DNA of 32,000 nucleotides from Candidatus Heimdallarchaeota archaeon (GTDB lineage Archaea > Asgardarchaeota > Heimdallarchaeia > JABLTI01), in assembly GCA_030614005.1 (NCBI GenBank), contig JAUWKS010000006.1, positions 58,213 through 90,212 on the forward strand, in the 5' to 3' direction. Within the stretch, counting starts at the first letter, position 1, and each line of letters opens with the position of its first letter. Positions 9,717-18,656 of this stretch are shown piece by piece. The notes below the pieces were generated by a model. That model was not told where the DNA came from. It did not search any database and worked only from the letters and a program-made list of their open reading frames with translations. A program made the translations under genes and the position numbers.

Positions 9717-9957
9717 AATAGATTTCTCAGTTCTCTTGTAAGGCAAAAACCACCTAAATATCGGTCTTCACACTGAACTGAAAATCGCGCTGCGGTATTC
9801 ATCTTGCTCTTTAGATTAGACCGAGTCCCAAATCCTTAATCATCTATTCGCTCATTCGGATTGGATCTTTATGGAATAAACTTTTCATTGGAAAGCTTTA
9901 AGGGATTCCATGGAAGATTTTTGCTGAAAGATAATTCAATAAGAAAAAAAATCAGCA
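9717..9957 (+). ncRNA. Candidate structured RNA (5' leader or independent ncRNA) upstream of the sdo1-exosome operon
   Basis: No credible ORF found by manual translation. Pairings: 9721-9733/9775-9786 (12 bp, 1 bulge); 9761-9767/9818-9824 (7 bp, crosses the first stem); hairpins 9842-9866, 9865-9918 and 9922-9957. The G-U pairs favour the + strand. No family recognised. Confidence 0.45.
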
Positions 9958-9988
9958 TAAAAGTTGATTAAAAAGGAAAGGTGTCAAA

Positions 9989-10726
9989 ATGTCCCACGAT
10001 TCCGGTGAAAGAAGACAATTTATTGATTTAGAGAAGAAAGCTCTTGTTAGATATGTCTATCGAAACCAAAAGTTTGAGATCATTGTTGATCCGGAACTGG
10101 CTTTAGATTATAAGAAAGGAAAGGAGATTCTTCTTTCCGATATAGTTGAAAGCTTTGTTGTTTTTCACAATGCATCCAAAGGCGCGAAAGCTTCAGAAAT
10201 TATTTTAGAACAAATATTTGAAACGAATAACGCTGAAGAAATAGCCAAAATTATTCTCACAAAAGGTGCTTTACAACTTACACAAGCTCAACGAAAGCGT
10301 TTACTTAAAGACAAAGAAGATGAAATCATTAATTTCATTCATATCCATTGTGTGAATCCACAAACAAATAAACCTCATCCCCCCGCAAGAATTGAGGCTG
10401 CAATGGATGAAGCTGGAGTACATATCGATTATAATCTAGCCCCTGAAATACAAGCAAAAGAGGTTATCAAACTTATTCAAACTATCATTCCAATAAGATT
10501 GGAATCCGTAGTTTTAGCAGTCAAAGTAACCCCTGATTTTACGGGACCAGCTTATGGTATAGTTGCTGGTGCAGGCGAACTCATTGAAGACCAATGGGGT
10601 GATGATGGAGTTTGGTATGCAAAAGTAGAAATGCCATCCGGTAAACAAGCAGACTTTCTTGATAAGATAAACACTTTAACAAAAGGTAAAGCTGAAGTGA
10701 AGATAGTAGAACGAAAGAGTGAGTGA
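9989..10726 (+). CDS. sdo1: Ribosome maturation protein SBDS/Sdo1
   Basis: KFEIIVDP, VFHNASKGAKAS, INFIHIHCVNPQTNKPHPPARIEAAMDEAGVHID, and C-terminal EMPSGKQADF; canonical position before rrp4. Confidence 0.96.
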   Translation: MSHDSGERRQFIDLEKKALVRYVYRNQKFEIIVDPELALDYKKGKEILLSDIVESFVVFHNASKGAKASEIILEQIFETNNAEEIAKIILTKGALQLTQAQRKRLLKDKEDEIINFIHIHCVNPQTNKPHPPARIEAAMDEAGVHIDYNLAPEIQAKEVIKLIQTIIPIRLESVVLAVKVTPDFTGPAYGIVAGAGELIEDQWGDDGVWYAKVEMPSGKQADFLDKINTLTKGKAEVKIVERKSE

Positions 10727-10775
10727 AAAAATACAATCACAATTATTAATTATTTAATGTAAGGAGAAAAAAAAA

Positions 10776-11549
10776 ATGCCTATATTAATTAAAGATAGAT
10801 CCATGGTTACTCCTCGCGAAGCTATCGCTGAAGGAGATTTTTCTATTGGATCCAATGTCTATAGAAGAGAAAAGAAAGTTGTTTCTCAAGTAATAGGTCT
10901 CGTAACAATAAAGGATAACTTTGTAAGCGTTGTTCCTCTCAAAGGAAAATACTTACCAAGAGTTGGAGATCTCGTTATTGGAAAAGTAACTGATGTTTCT
11001 CTAAGTACTTGGATAGTGGATATCGCAAGTCCATATCCTGGTGTAATGAGAACCTCAACGTCATTAGCAAGACGATTCGATCCAATTAAAGACAAAACAA
11101 GAAAAATCTTTGATGTTGGTGAAGTAATTGTTGCTAAAGTTTTCTCATTCGATCGAACACGCGATCCGATGTTAACTGTTAGATCAGACAATCGTGGTGG
11201 TGGAAATAGCCCATACCTCGGTAAACTTGTAGGTGGCAGAGTAATTGATGTTAGCCCCTCCAAAATTCCTCGTTTAATTGGTAGAAGAGGAAGTATGATA
11301 TCAACAATCAAGCATTACACAAATTGTAAAATGATTGTTGGACAAAACGGACGTGTCTGGTTTAAAGGAAACAACTTTGAAGATGAGTTATTAGTTTTAC
11401 GAGCAATCCAGAAGATTGATCGAGAAGCTCACACAACTGGGTTAACTGATCGAATTAAGAACTTCTTAGAAGAAGCAAAAAAGAATATGCCCACACCTTC
11501 TAAGGAAAAACAATCCGATAAGGAGAAAAGATCAGAAAAAAAAAGTTAA
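10776..11549 (+). CDS. rrp4: Exosome RNA-binding cap subunit Rrp4
   Basis: VPLKGKYLPRVGDLVIGKV (S1 domain) and PSKIPRLIGRRGSMI...VGQNGRVW (KH domain); synteny. Confidence 0.96.
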   Translation: MPILIKDRSMVTPREAIAEGDFSIGSNVYRREKKVVSQVIGLVTIKDNFVSVVPLKGKYLPRVGDLVIGKVTDVSLSTWIVDIASPYPGVMRTSTSLARRFDPIKDKTRKIFDVGEVIVAKVFSFDRTRDPMLTVRSDNRGGGNSPYLGKLVGGRVIDVSPSKIPRLIGRRGSMISTIKHYTNCKMIVGQNGRVWFKGNNFEDELLVLRAIQKIDREAHTTGLTDRIKNFLEEAKKNMPTPSKEKQSDKEKRSEKKS

Positions 11550-11568
11550 GCTAATTAGGTGAAATTAA

Positions 11569-12528
11569 ATGGCCAAAAATAAAGAAGAAACTGTGTTAAT
11601 AACCAAAGATGGTATACGACATGATGGTCGTAAAAGAGAAGACTTACGAGAAATTTCATTTGATGTAGGTGTCTTAGATAGAGCAGATGGCTCATGTCTA
11701 ATCCAATGGGGACGAAATAAAATATTAGCAGCTGTATATGGACCTCGTGAATTGCATCCAAAACATATGCAAATGCCTGGTCAAGCATATATTCGATGTG
11801 AATATAGGATGGCAACATTCTCTGTTCCTGACAGAAAAAGCCCAGCACCAAAGAGAAGAGAGAAAGAAATTTCCAAATTACTTGGTGAAGCTTTGAATCC
11901 AGCATTATTTACTTATCTCTATCCTCGCTCAGTAATCGATGTATTTATTGAAGTATTACAAGCAGATGGTGGTACACGATGTGCAGCAATTACTGCCGCA
12001 TCTCTAGCATTAGCAGACGCTGGCATACCTATGAGAGATTTAGTCACAGGAGTTGCTGCTGGCAATCTATCTGATAAAATAGTTTTGGATCTTGATGATG
12101 TTGAAGACAAAGAAGGACTAGGCGACTTGCCCATTGCTTATCTGCCAAACTTAGAGAAGGTTGTTCTTTTACAATCTGATGGAATATTCACTCCAGATCA
12201 ATATAAAGAAGCCTTAGATATGCTTGTTCCTGCCTGTAAGAAAATCTATCAATTGCAGCGAAAGGCTATTACTGACAAATACTCTCAAATAAATGAGGCG
12301 GTCCAGAAAGACATAGAGGCAGAAGAAAAAGATAAACCAGCAAAAGACAAGAAGAAAGCTGAAGACTCTAAAGCTAAAGACGATAAGAAAGCAAAGAAAG
12401 CAGATGATGGAAAGAAATCAAAAGCTTCTGACAAGGAAGAGAAAAAGAAGAAAGGCTTAAAGAAATCTTCCAAAAAGAAAGATGATAAAAAACAAGCTTC
12501 TAAAGAAAAAGAAGCTAAGAAGGACTAA
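11569..12528 (+). CDS. rrp41: Exosome phosphorolytic subunit Rrp41 with a long charged C-terminal tail
   Basis: RHDGRK...ADGSCLIQWG, AVYGPRE, FSVPDRK, QADGGTR, and acidic catalytic region DLDDVEDKEGLGDLP. SD AGGTGA upstream. Confidence 0.97.
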   Translation: MAKNKEETVLITKDGIRHDGRKREDLREISFDVGVLDRADGSCLIQWGRNKILAAVYGPRELHPKHMQMPGQAYIRCEYRMATFSVPDRKSPAPKRREKEISKLLGEALNPALFTYLYPRSVIDVFIEVLQADGGTRCAAITAASLALADAGIPMRDLVTGVAAGNLSDKIVLDLDDVEDKEGLGDLPIAYLPNLEKVVLLQSDGIFTPDQYKEALDMLVPACKKIYQLQRKAITDKYSQINEAVQKDIEAEEKDKPAKDKKKAEDSKAKDDKKAKKADDGKKSKASDKEEKKKKGLKKSSKKKDDKKQASKEKEAKKD

Positions 12529-12545
12529 TTAGGGAGGCAAAAAAT

Positions 12546-13400
12546 ATGGCAAAAAAAGGTCTCATTAGTGTAGTAGAACGTGAACACATTCTCTCATTAC
12601 TTAATCATGGTAAAAGAACCGATGGACGATCCTTCAATGAATTCAGAAAGATAACTATTATCCCTGGATATATCCAGAAAGCAGAAGGATCAGCAATCGC
12701 TAAAATTGGCAAAAGCAAAGTTATTGCAGGTGTAAAAGCACAAATGGGAACTCCATTCCCTGATTCACCAAACAAAGGAGTAATTACTACAACTGTAGAA
12801 TTAGTTCCAGTAGCAGCCCCTGAATTTGAATCAGGTCCTCCTCGTGAATTTGCCATTGAACTCGCAAGAGTTGCAGATAGAGCAATACGTGAATCTGAAG
12901 CAGTTTCAAATGAAGATTTAGTAATAATTCCAGGTAAATTTGTTTGGATACTCTTCATTGATATCTATGTATTAGATCATGATGGAAATCTCTATGATGC
13001 TTGTGAACTTGCTGCATTAGGTGCATTATTAAATACACAAATCCCGGATATCAAAATAGTTACAAACGAAAAAGGCGAAGAAGTGGTCGAAGTTCTAGAA
13101 ACAACTCATCCACTAGTAATGAAACATACACCAATTAGCTGTACATTCTCAAAAATTGGTGACAATATCATTGTTGATCCAAATTATGACGAAGAAACCA
13201 TACAAGACACTCGGCTAACACTTGCTTTTACAGAAGAAAACAAGATTTGCTCCACACAAAAAGGTGAAGCTGGAACCTTTACTGTAGAAGAAATTAAAAA
13301 GTGTATAGATATTGCAGCAGAAAGAACGAAAGACATAAGAAGTCAACTAGATAAAATCGTTGACCCACAAGGATACCCTTGGTCTGAGGAATCATCCTAA
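12546..13400 (+). CDS. rrp42: Exosome core subunit Rrp42
   Basis: GKRTDGRSFNEFR, KAEGSA, GTPFPDSPNKG, FESGPP, ELARVADRAIRES, VLDHDGNLYDA, IVDPNYDEE. SD GGGAGG upstream. Confidence 0.97.
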   Translation: MAKKGLISVVEREHILSLLNHGKRTDGRSFNEFRKITIIPGYIQKAEGSAIAKIGKSKVIAGVKAQMGTPFPDSPNKGVITTTVELVPVAAPEFESGPPREFAIELARVADRAIRESEAVSNEDLVIIPGKFVWILFIDIYVLDHDGNLYDACELAALGALLNTQIPDIKIVTNEKGEEVVEVLETTHPLVMKHTPISCTFSKIGDNIIVDPNYDEETIQDTRLTLAFTEENKICSTQKGEAGTFTVEEIKKCIDIAAERTKDIRSQLDKIVDPQGYPWSEESS

Positions 13401-13441
13401 GACCAAATTATTCCATAAATAAAACCAAGAGGGTAAAAACA

Positions 13442-13732
13442 ATGGCACGAAAAACAAAGAAAGTCGGTTCAACAGGTCGTTTCGGACCTAGATATGGTTC
13501 ACAACTCAAGAAACGTGTCCTAAAAATAGAGCGAGGCATGCATGCTGCTCATAAATGTCCTAACTGTGCAAGTCCTAATGTAAAAAGGAAATCAGTAGGC
13601 ATTTGGATCTGTAAAAAGTGTAAAGTAAGCTTTGCAGGTGGCGCATGGTTACCAATAACTCCAACTGGAAAATCGGCTTCAAGAACAACAATTAGTTTAG
13701 AAGAACAACGACTCGAGAAATCCAAGAAATGA
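13442..13732 (+). CDS. rpl37ae: 50S ribosomal protein L37Ae (eL43)
   Basis: KKVGSTGRFGPRYG, CPNC...GIWICKKC...FAGGAW. Confidence 0.98.
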   Translation: MARKTKKVGSTGRFGPRYGSQLKKRVLKIERGMHAAHKCPNCASPNVKRKSVGIWICKKCKVSFAGGAWLPITPTGKSASRTTISLEEQRLEKSKK

Positions 13733-14382
13733 ACGAACGAGAAATTTCCCCCTATGAAAAATTTATGTTAACAACCTCTAGGAAACCTAGCCATAGAACG
13801 CGCTCTTTTGCTCGTGATTTGGTTACGGTCATTCCTTGGTGTTTTCATTTTACCAGAGGTTCATGCAGTCTGAAAGACTTAGCTGAAGAGCTAACTAGCT
13901 TAGGTATCAATAGGTTGTTAATTCTACACGAGAAAAAAGGAAATCCTAGTCTCATTAAATTCTACAAACTAGTAGATGAGAAAATAGAAGAAAGAGATTA
14001 TCGTGTGAGAATTAAAGGGATTAGTCTTGGTCGAGAACTAAGAAATGTTAGATCGATTTTTACTTCTGAATCCAAATTTAGTGTAATCAATCAATCAAAA
14101 TCAGATTTTGGTGAACAGCTTTACACTATGTTATCATTATTCTTTGAATTTGAGCGTACAAGAGAGCTGCCCCTGGACCCAAATTTTAAGGGAATAGCCA
14201 TTCTATATTCAGATACAACCGAAGGCCACATCAATCTAGTTTTCCAACAAATAGAAACGAAGAAGATGATTGGCCCAAGAATAACTATATCAGATGTTTA
14301 TTTAGGTAAGAAAGGTGAAGCTATTAGATCATTGATAGATCTAATCGGTATTGGAAAGAGAAGAAGACAATCAAAGAATTAA
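13729..14382 (+). CDS. Brix-domain (Imp4-like) ribosome biogenesis protein
   Basis: LTTSRKPSHRTRSFARDL...RGSCSL...HEKKGNPS...IGPRI pattern; 4-nt ATGA overlap with rpl37ae. Confidence 0.9.
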   Translation: MNEREISPYEKFMLTTSRKPSHRTRSFARDLVTVIPWCFHFTRGSCSLKDLAEELTSLGINRLLILHEKKGNPSLIKFYKLVDEKIEERDYRVRIKGISLGRELRNVRSIFTSESKFSVINQSKSDFGEQLYTMLSLFFEFERTRELPLDPNFKGIAILYSDTTEGHINLVFQQIETKKMIGPRITISDVYLGKKGEAIRSLIDLIGIGKRRRQSKN

Positions 14383-14422
14383 TTGTTATACTTCTCTCTC
14401 ATTAAAATTTTACAACTGTGGG

Positions 14423-14710
14423 ATGAATTTGGTTGATAATCGAACGAATAAACATTCATTTGATTTCACTTCTGAATTGGTAATAAAATCATTATCTAAC
14501 AAAGAAATTACAGCCATTCATTCTGCAATATATCCTGAAACAACTGTTGAAATTAGTTCAAGAGGAAAAGCAGAGATTTTTATTGAAGAAGATAATTGCT
14601 TGCGGATGGTTTTTTCTGCGATAGATTTTATTTCTCTTCGTGCAATGGTAAGTTCATATTTGAGATGGATAGATGCAGCAATCTCTTCACTAAATGTTGT
14701 TGAGATGTAA
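14423..14710 (+). CDS. pcc1: KEOPS complex subunit Pcc1
   Basis: SAIYPE...SRGKAEI...FSAIDFISLRAMVSSYLRWI; canonical position after Brix. The ATG at 14423 is preferred over the track start 14351, which overlaps Brix. Confidence 0.88.
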   Translation: MNLVDNRTNKHSFDFTSELVIKSLSNKEITAIHSAIYPETTVEISSRGKAEIFIEEDNCLRMVFSAIDFISLRAMVSSYLRWIDAAISSLNVVEM

Positions 14711-14843
14711 GAAAAAGAAATCACAAATAGAAATCTCATAGAATACTGTTCAACCCAACAGAGTAAAAAGATTTTTAATATAAACGAAATCAAAACACTC
14801 AAAAAGAAAGCCATTCTTAATTAAATATATAGAAGGAATTACA

Positions 14844-15026
14844 TTGACTCACGGTTCAGTACAAAAAGCCGGAAAAGTTAGAAACTCTACTCCAAAAGTA
14901 GAACAAAAACATCATGTTTCTAGACATCCCCGGACAAGAAACAAACACAATTACTTAAAACGAAATATTAAGGGTATCCCAACAGGACAACCATCAGGCG
15001 CAAAGCGCAGAAGAAGAAGAAGATAA
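14844..15026 (+). CDS. rps30e: 30S ribosomal protein S30e (eS30)
   Basis: THGSVQKAGKVRNSTPKV...PRTRNKHNY; TTG start. Confidence 0.93.
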   Translation: MTHGSVQKAGKVRNSTPKVEQKHHVSRHPRTRNKHNYLKRNIKGIPTGQPSGAKRRRRRR

Positions 15027-15164
15027 TTTCTTCCCTTCTTTTATCCTATCAATTTTTACCCTTTTACTTTCAATCTTAACCTAATTTTAAAAAGATTTAG
15101 AGCAACCATAAAAGTAGATTTGTTAGTAAAATTTTAAGTGTAATCTAAGTTATTTTAATACGTA

Positions 15165-16769
15165 ATGGATGGTTCATTCTTGGAAAAAGAAAAAATATAT
15201 CGCGAAATATTAGAACAAATTATTGCTACTCCACCAAAAAACGAAAAAGGGTTAGCGAAAATTAAACGGGCTGCTTGCAAAAAGTATTCTCTAGATCATT
15301 TTCCAAGAAATAGCGATATCTTAGAATGTGCTACAGAAAAGGAACGACCAATAGTTCTTCCCATTCTAATTAAGAAACCAAGTAGAACTCTATCTGGTGT
15401 TGCTGTAGTTGCTGTAATGAGCAAACCAATGGCGTGTCCCCATGGAAAATGTACAATGTGTCCTGGTGGACCGGAACAAGATAGCCCACAATCTTACACT
15501 GGGTTTGAACCAGCTGCTATGCGTGGAAAAATGTTTGATTATGATCCTAAAAAACAAGTAACAACTAGATTACAACAATTAGAAGCAATAGGTCACAATA
15601 CTAGTAAGATTGATTTAATTTTAATGGGTGGAACATTACCTGCTGCACCTTTGGAATACCAAGAATTTTTCATTAAGGGTTGCTTGGATGGAGTTACAAA
15701 AAGAGATTCCAAAACAATTGAGGAAGCAATAGAATTTGCAGAATCAAGTGAAAGACGTTGTGTTGGCATAACAGTAGAAACGCGACCTGATACTTGTTCG
15801 ATTGAGAATTTAAAACAACAGCTAAATTGGGGGGTTACTCGAGTAGAAGTTGGTGTGCAAATAGTAAACGACAAAGTTTACAAAAGAATCAATCGTGGAC
15901 ATACAGTAGAAGACGTGACTAATGCTTTCAAAACACTAAGAGATTTAGGTTTAAAAGTAACAGCACATATGATGGTTGGATTGCCAGGTGTTACGTGGGA
16001 AAAGGAACTTGAAAGCTTCAAAACCTTTATGCATGATTCAAGATTCATCCCAGATGAATTGAAAATTTATCCTATGATGTTAATGGAAAATACCAAACTT
16101 TATCAAGAATATTTAGCCGGTGATTATGAACCATTAACTCATGATGAAACAGTTAAGAAAGTCGCAGAATTTAAAGTCAATATTTTACCGAGTATCCGCT
16201 TGAAAAGAGTATTGCGAGATATTCCTGCTACAAAGATTTTTGCTGGGCCGAAGAAGAGTGATTTGAGAGAATATGCACAAAGACATTTGATAGAATCTGG
16301 AAGAAAATGTCGCTGTATTCGTTGTAGAGAAGTTGGTCATCAAATTAGAAAAGGCATACACCCCTCAATCGATGATATAGAATTAGTTAGAAGAGAATAT
16401 GATGCTTCTGGAGGAAAAGAAATCTTCCTATCATATGAAGATACTTCTCAAGATATTATTTTGGGATTCTTACGCCTTCGACATCCATCAAAGGATAGAC
16501 TCATATCTGGTGTTGAAGAAAAACCATTTTCTATCATTAGAGAGCTACATATTTATGGATCCATAGTAGGAATCGGTTTTAATGCTCAACAAGCTTCAGA
16601 TTGGCAACATAAAGGATATGGTTCAAAGTTAATAGAAGAAGCTGTTACAATATCTCGAGATGAAGCTGGAAGTGAGTTGTTGTTAGTAACAAGTGGCATT
16701 GGCGTTAGAGAATATTATGCAAAAAGAGGATTCAATAAACTCAATCCCTATATGTCTCGAGTTTTATGA
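15165..16769 (+). CDS. elp3: tRNA uridine(34) acetyltransferase Elp3 (radical SAM + KAT)
   Basis: RTLSGVAVVAVM, CPHGKCTMCPGG cluster motif, ETRPD, ELKIYP, RDIP, CRCIRCREVG, RELHIYG, QHKGYG, SGIGVREYY. Confidence 0.97.
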   Translation: MDGSFLEKEKIYREILEQIIATPPKNEKGLAKIKRAACKKYSLDHFPRNSDILECATEKERPIVLPILIKKPSRTLSGVAVVAVMSKPMACPHGKCTMCPGGPEQDSPQSYTGFEPAAMRGKMFDYDPKKQVTTRLQQLEAIGHNTSKIDLILMGGTLPAAPLEYQEFFIKGCLDGVTKRDSKTIEEAIEFAESSERRCVGITVETRPDTCSIENLKQQLNWGVTRVEVGVQIVNDKVYKRINRGHTVEDVTNAFKTLRDLGLKVTAHMMVGLPGVTWEKELESFKTFMHDSRFIPDELKIYPMMLMENTKLYQEYLAGDYEPLTHDETVKKVAEFKVNILPSIRLKRVLRDIPATKIFAGPKKSDLREYAQRHLIESGRKCRCIRCREVGHQIRKGIHPSIDDIELVRREYDASGGKEIFLSYEDTSQDIILGFLRLRHPSKDRLISGVEEKPFSIIRELHIYGSIVGIGFNAQQASDWQHKGYGSKLIEEAVTISRDEAGSELLLVTSGIGVREYYAKRGFNKLNPYMSRVL

Positions 16770-16771
16770 AC

Positions 16772-18460
16772 TCATTTGAATAGTAGTAAACTCTCTCTGT
16801 ATTTCTCAGGCTTTTCAAATCCAAGGAGATTCAATACAGTTGAAGCTACGTTGCTTAATCCTGGTTCACTTACTTTGGGATTTATTTCATATTCTCCTTG
16901 CCAATTTTTATCTACAATCCAAAAACCAACTGGGTTTAGTGAATGAGCTGTCTTAGTTTTACCATCTTTGAATTTCATATCATCACAATTACCATGATCA
17001 GCAGTAATTATTGTAATACCATTTAGTTCATTAACAACATCAATTAAACTCTCAAGACATTTATCAACAATTTTAACAGCTTTTACAGATGCTTCAATTG
17101 ATCCTGTATGTCCAACCATATCACCATTAGCAAAATTTACTCTAATGAATTTGAATTTATTATTCTTTAAAATTTCAATAATTCTATCGCGTACTTCTAC
17201 TGCTTTCATTTCAGGATGAACTGCAATCATCTCATTCGGTTCAGAATGTATTTCAACATATTCTTCTTGCTCTTTGCACACATAACCTGAACGATTCCCA
17301 TTCCAAAAATAGGTTACATGACCAAATTTATGCGTTTCAGCAATTGCAAATGAGGTGATCCCATTTGAACAACAATAATCAGAGAGAATGTCTTTGATAT
17401 CAGGAGGAGTAACCAAAAATTGTTTTGGAATAAATTTATCCCCATCATATTGCATTAACCCTGCATATTCTACATGTGGAAAAATGACGCGATCAAATTT
17501 ATCAAAATCCTCATCTTCAAATGCTTTAGTAATCTGGATTGCTCTATCTCCTCTGAAATTAAAATTAACAACTAAATCATCATCAACGATTTTTCCCACC
17601 GGTTGTCCTTTTTCGTCTATAATTACAAAGGGTGGGAGTGTTTGATCATTTTTATTTGGAAAACATTTGCGTGCATGTGTTATAGCTTTCTCTGCAGATT
17701 TGTAATAACCTTTGTACCCGTGGACAAGTTCTTCATCTTCAATAATACCTCGAACATGAGCATTCCAACCCCTTTGAACAATTTTCCAATCTGACTCATA
17801 CCTATCCATAGTAACTTGCATTCTTCCTCCACCGGAAGCAATTCTATAATCATACTTTTGATTAGAATATTTGTTATTCATTTCTGCTAATTTTGCTTCT
17901 AAAAGACCAATAAACTCTAGAGCAGAGTGAGCAGGAACATCTCGTCCATCAGTAAGAACATGCACTCTTAACTTTTGTATTGTTGCTAAGGCAAATCCTT
18001 CAATTAAACTACTTAGTTGGGATAAATTGCTGTGAACATTCCCATCAGATAATAGTCCAATTAGATGAACAGTGCTGTTTTTAGTTAGTACTCTTTTCGT
18101 CAATTTTTTCCAGATGTCAGTTTGAAAAATAGCTTTGGTTTTAATAGACGCACTGACAAGTTTAGCCCCTTGAACAATTATTTGTCCAGAGCCTAAAGCA
18201 TTATGTCCGACTTCACTATTCCCCATATCTTTATCGGATACTAACCCAACAGCTAGTCCATGAGCATTTAATGAACAGTATAACTTCTTCTCTGAGCACT
18301 CTGCAGTTATTTTTAGTAGCGTTTTTGGTTTAGCCAAGTATACAGCATTTCCATCATCTTCTTTGCCTAAACCGATGCCATCCATGATGATTAATAGAAG
18401 AGGTCCCGTTCTACCAGTGAACGAATGTAATTTTTCTAATTTATACATAGGATTGTCCAA
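16772..18460 (-). CDS. gpmI: 2,3-bisphosphoglycerate-independent phosphoglycerate mutase (alkaline phosphatase superfamily)
   Basis: IIMDGIG, MGNSEVGH (catalytic Ser), GLLSDGNVHS, DGRD, NFRGDR, AETHKFGHVT, NGDMVGHTG, TADHGN, TAH. Confidence 0.97.
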   Translation of the reverse strand: MDNPMYKLEKLHSFTGRTGPLLLIIMDGIGLGKEDDGNAVYLAKPKTLLKITAECSEKKLYCSLNAHGLAVGLVSDKDMGNSEVGHNALGSGQIIVQGAKLVSASIKTKAIFQTDIWKKLTKRVLTKNSTVHLIGLLSDGNVHSNLSQLSSLIEGFALATIQKLRVHVLTDGRDVPAHSALEFIGLLEAKLAEMNNKYSNQKYDYRIASGGGRMQVTMDRYESDWKIVQRGWNAHVRGIIEDEELVHGYKGYYKSAEKAITHARKCFPNKNDQTLPPFVIIDEKGQPVGKIVDDDLVVNFNFRGDRAIQITKAFEDEDFDKFDRVIFPHVEYAGLMQYDGDKFIPKQFLVTPPDIKDILSDYCCSNGITSFAIAETHKFGHVTYFWNGNRSGYVCKEQEEYVEIHSEPNEMIAVHPEMKAVEVRDRIIEILKNNKFKFIRVNFANGDMVGHTGSIEASVKAVKIVDKCLESLIDVVNELNGITIITADHGNCDDMKFKDGKTKTAHSLNPVGFWIVDKNWQGEYEINPKVSEPGLSNVASTVLNLLGFEKPEKYRESLLLFK

Positions 18461-18656
18461 CTTATCAGCATTTTTTTTTATTCAAATCTTTTTACAATTA
18501 CAATGATGATTAAAAACATTTAAGAATATTGATTTTAATTCTAATAATCCCTTTAGCGGAAATAAATTGCATAAAAAAACAAACAAAACTGAAATAATGC
18601 CTCTAAAGAATAATTAATATCTAAGAATTCTTTAGTACTGATTAGGATTGTAAAAA

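Noticed and set aside
9705-9839. Possible selenoprotein/readthrough ORF across the TGA at 9774
   Set aside because: No start codon after the upstream TAA, and the product is short and resembles nothing.
9700-9988. RNase P RNA, SRP RNA, TPP or cobalamin riboswitch, or C/D-box/U3-like RNA as the identity of the structured element
   Set aside because: No GAGGAA.UCC / ACA.AA...GCUUA pair and no SRP helix-8 motif were found. The partial matches on the minus strand (AATACCGCAGCG, GTGAAG, terminal CTGA, ATGATTA) are in the wrong order, lack companion boxes or have non-canonical K-turn geometry.
12319-12528. DNA tandem repeat in the rrp41 tail
   Set aside because: The similarity is compositional (Lys/Asp/Glu/Ala codons), with no exact repeating unit.
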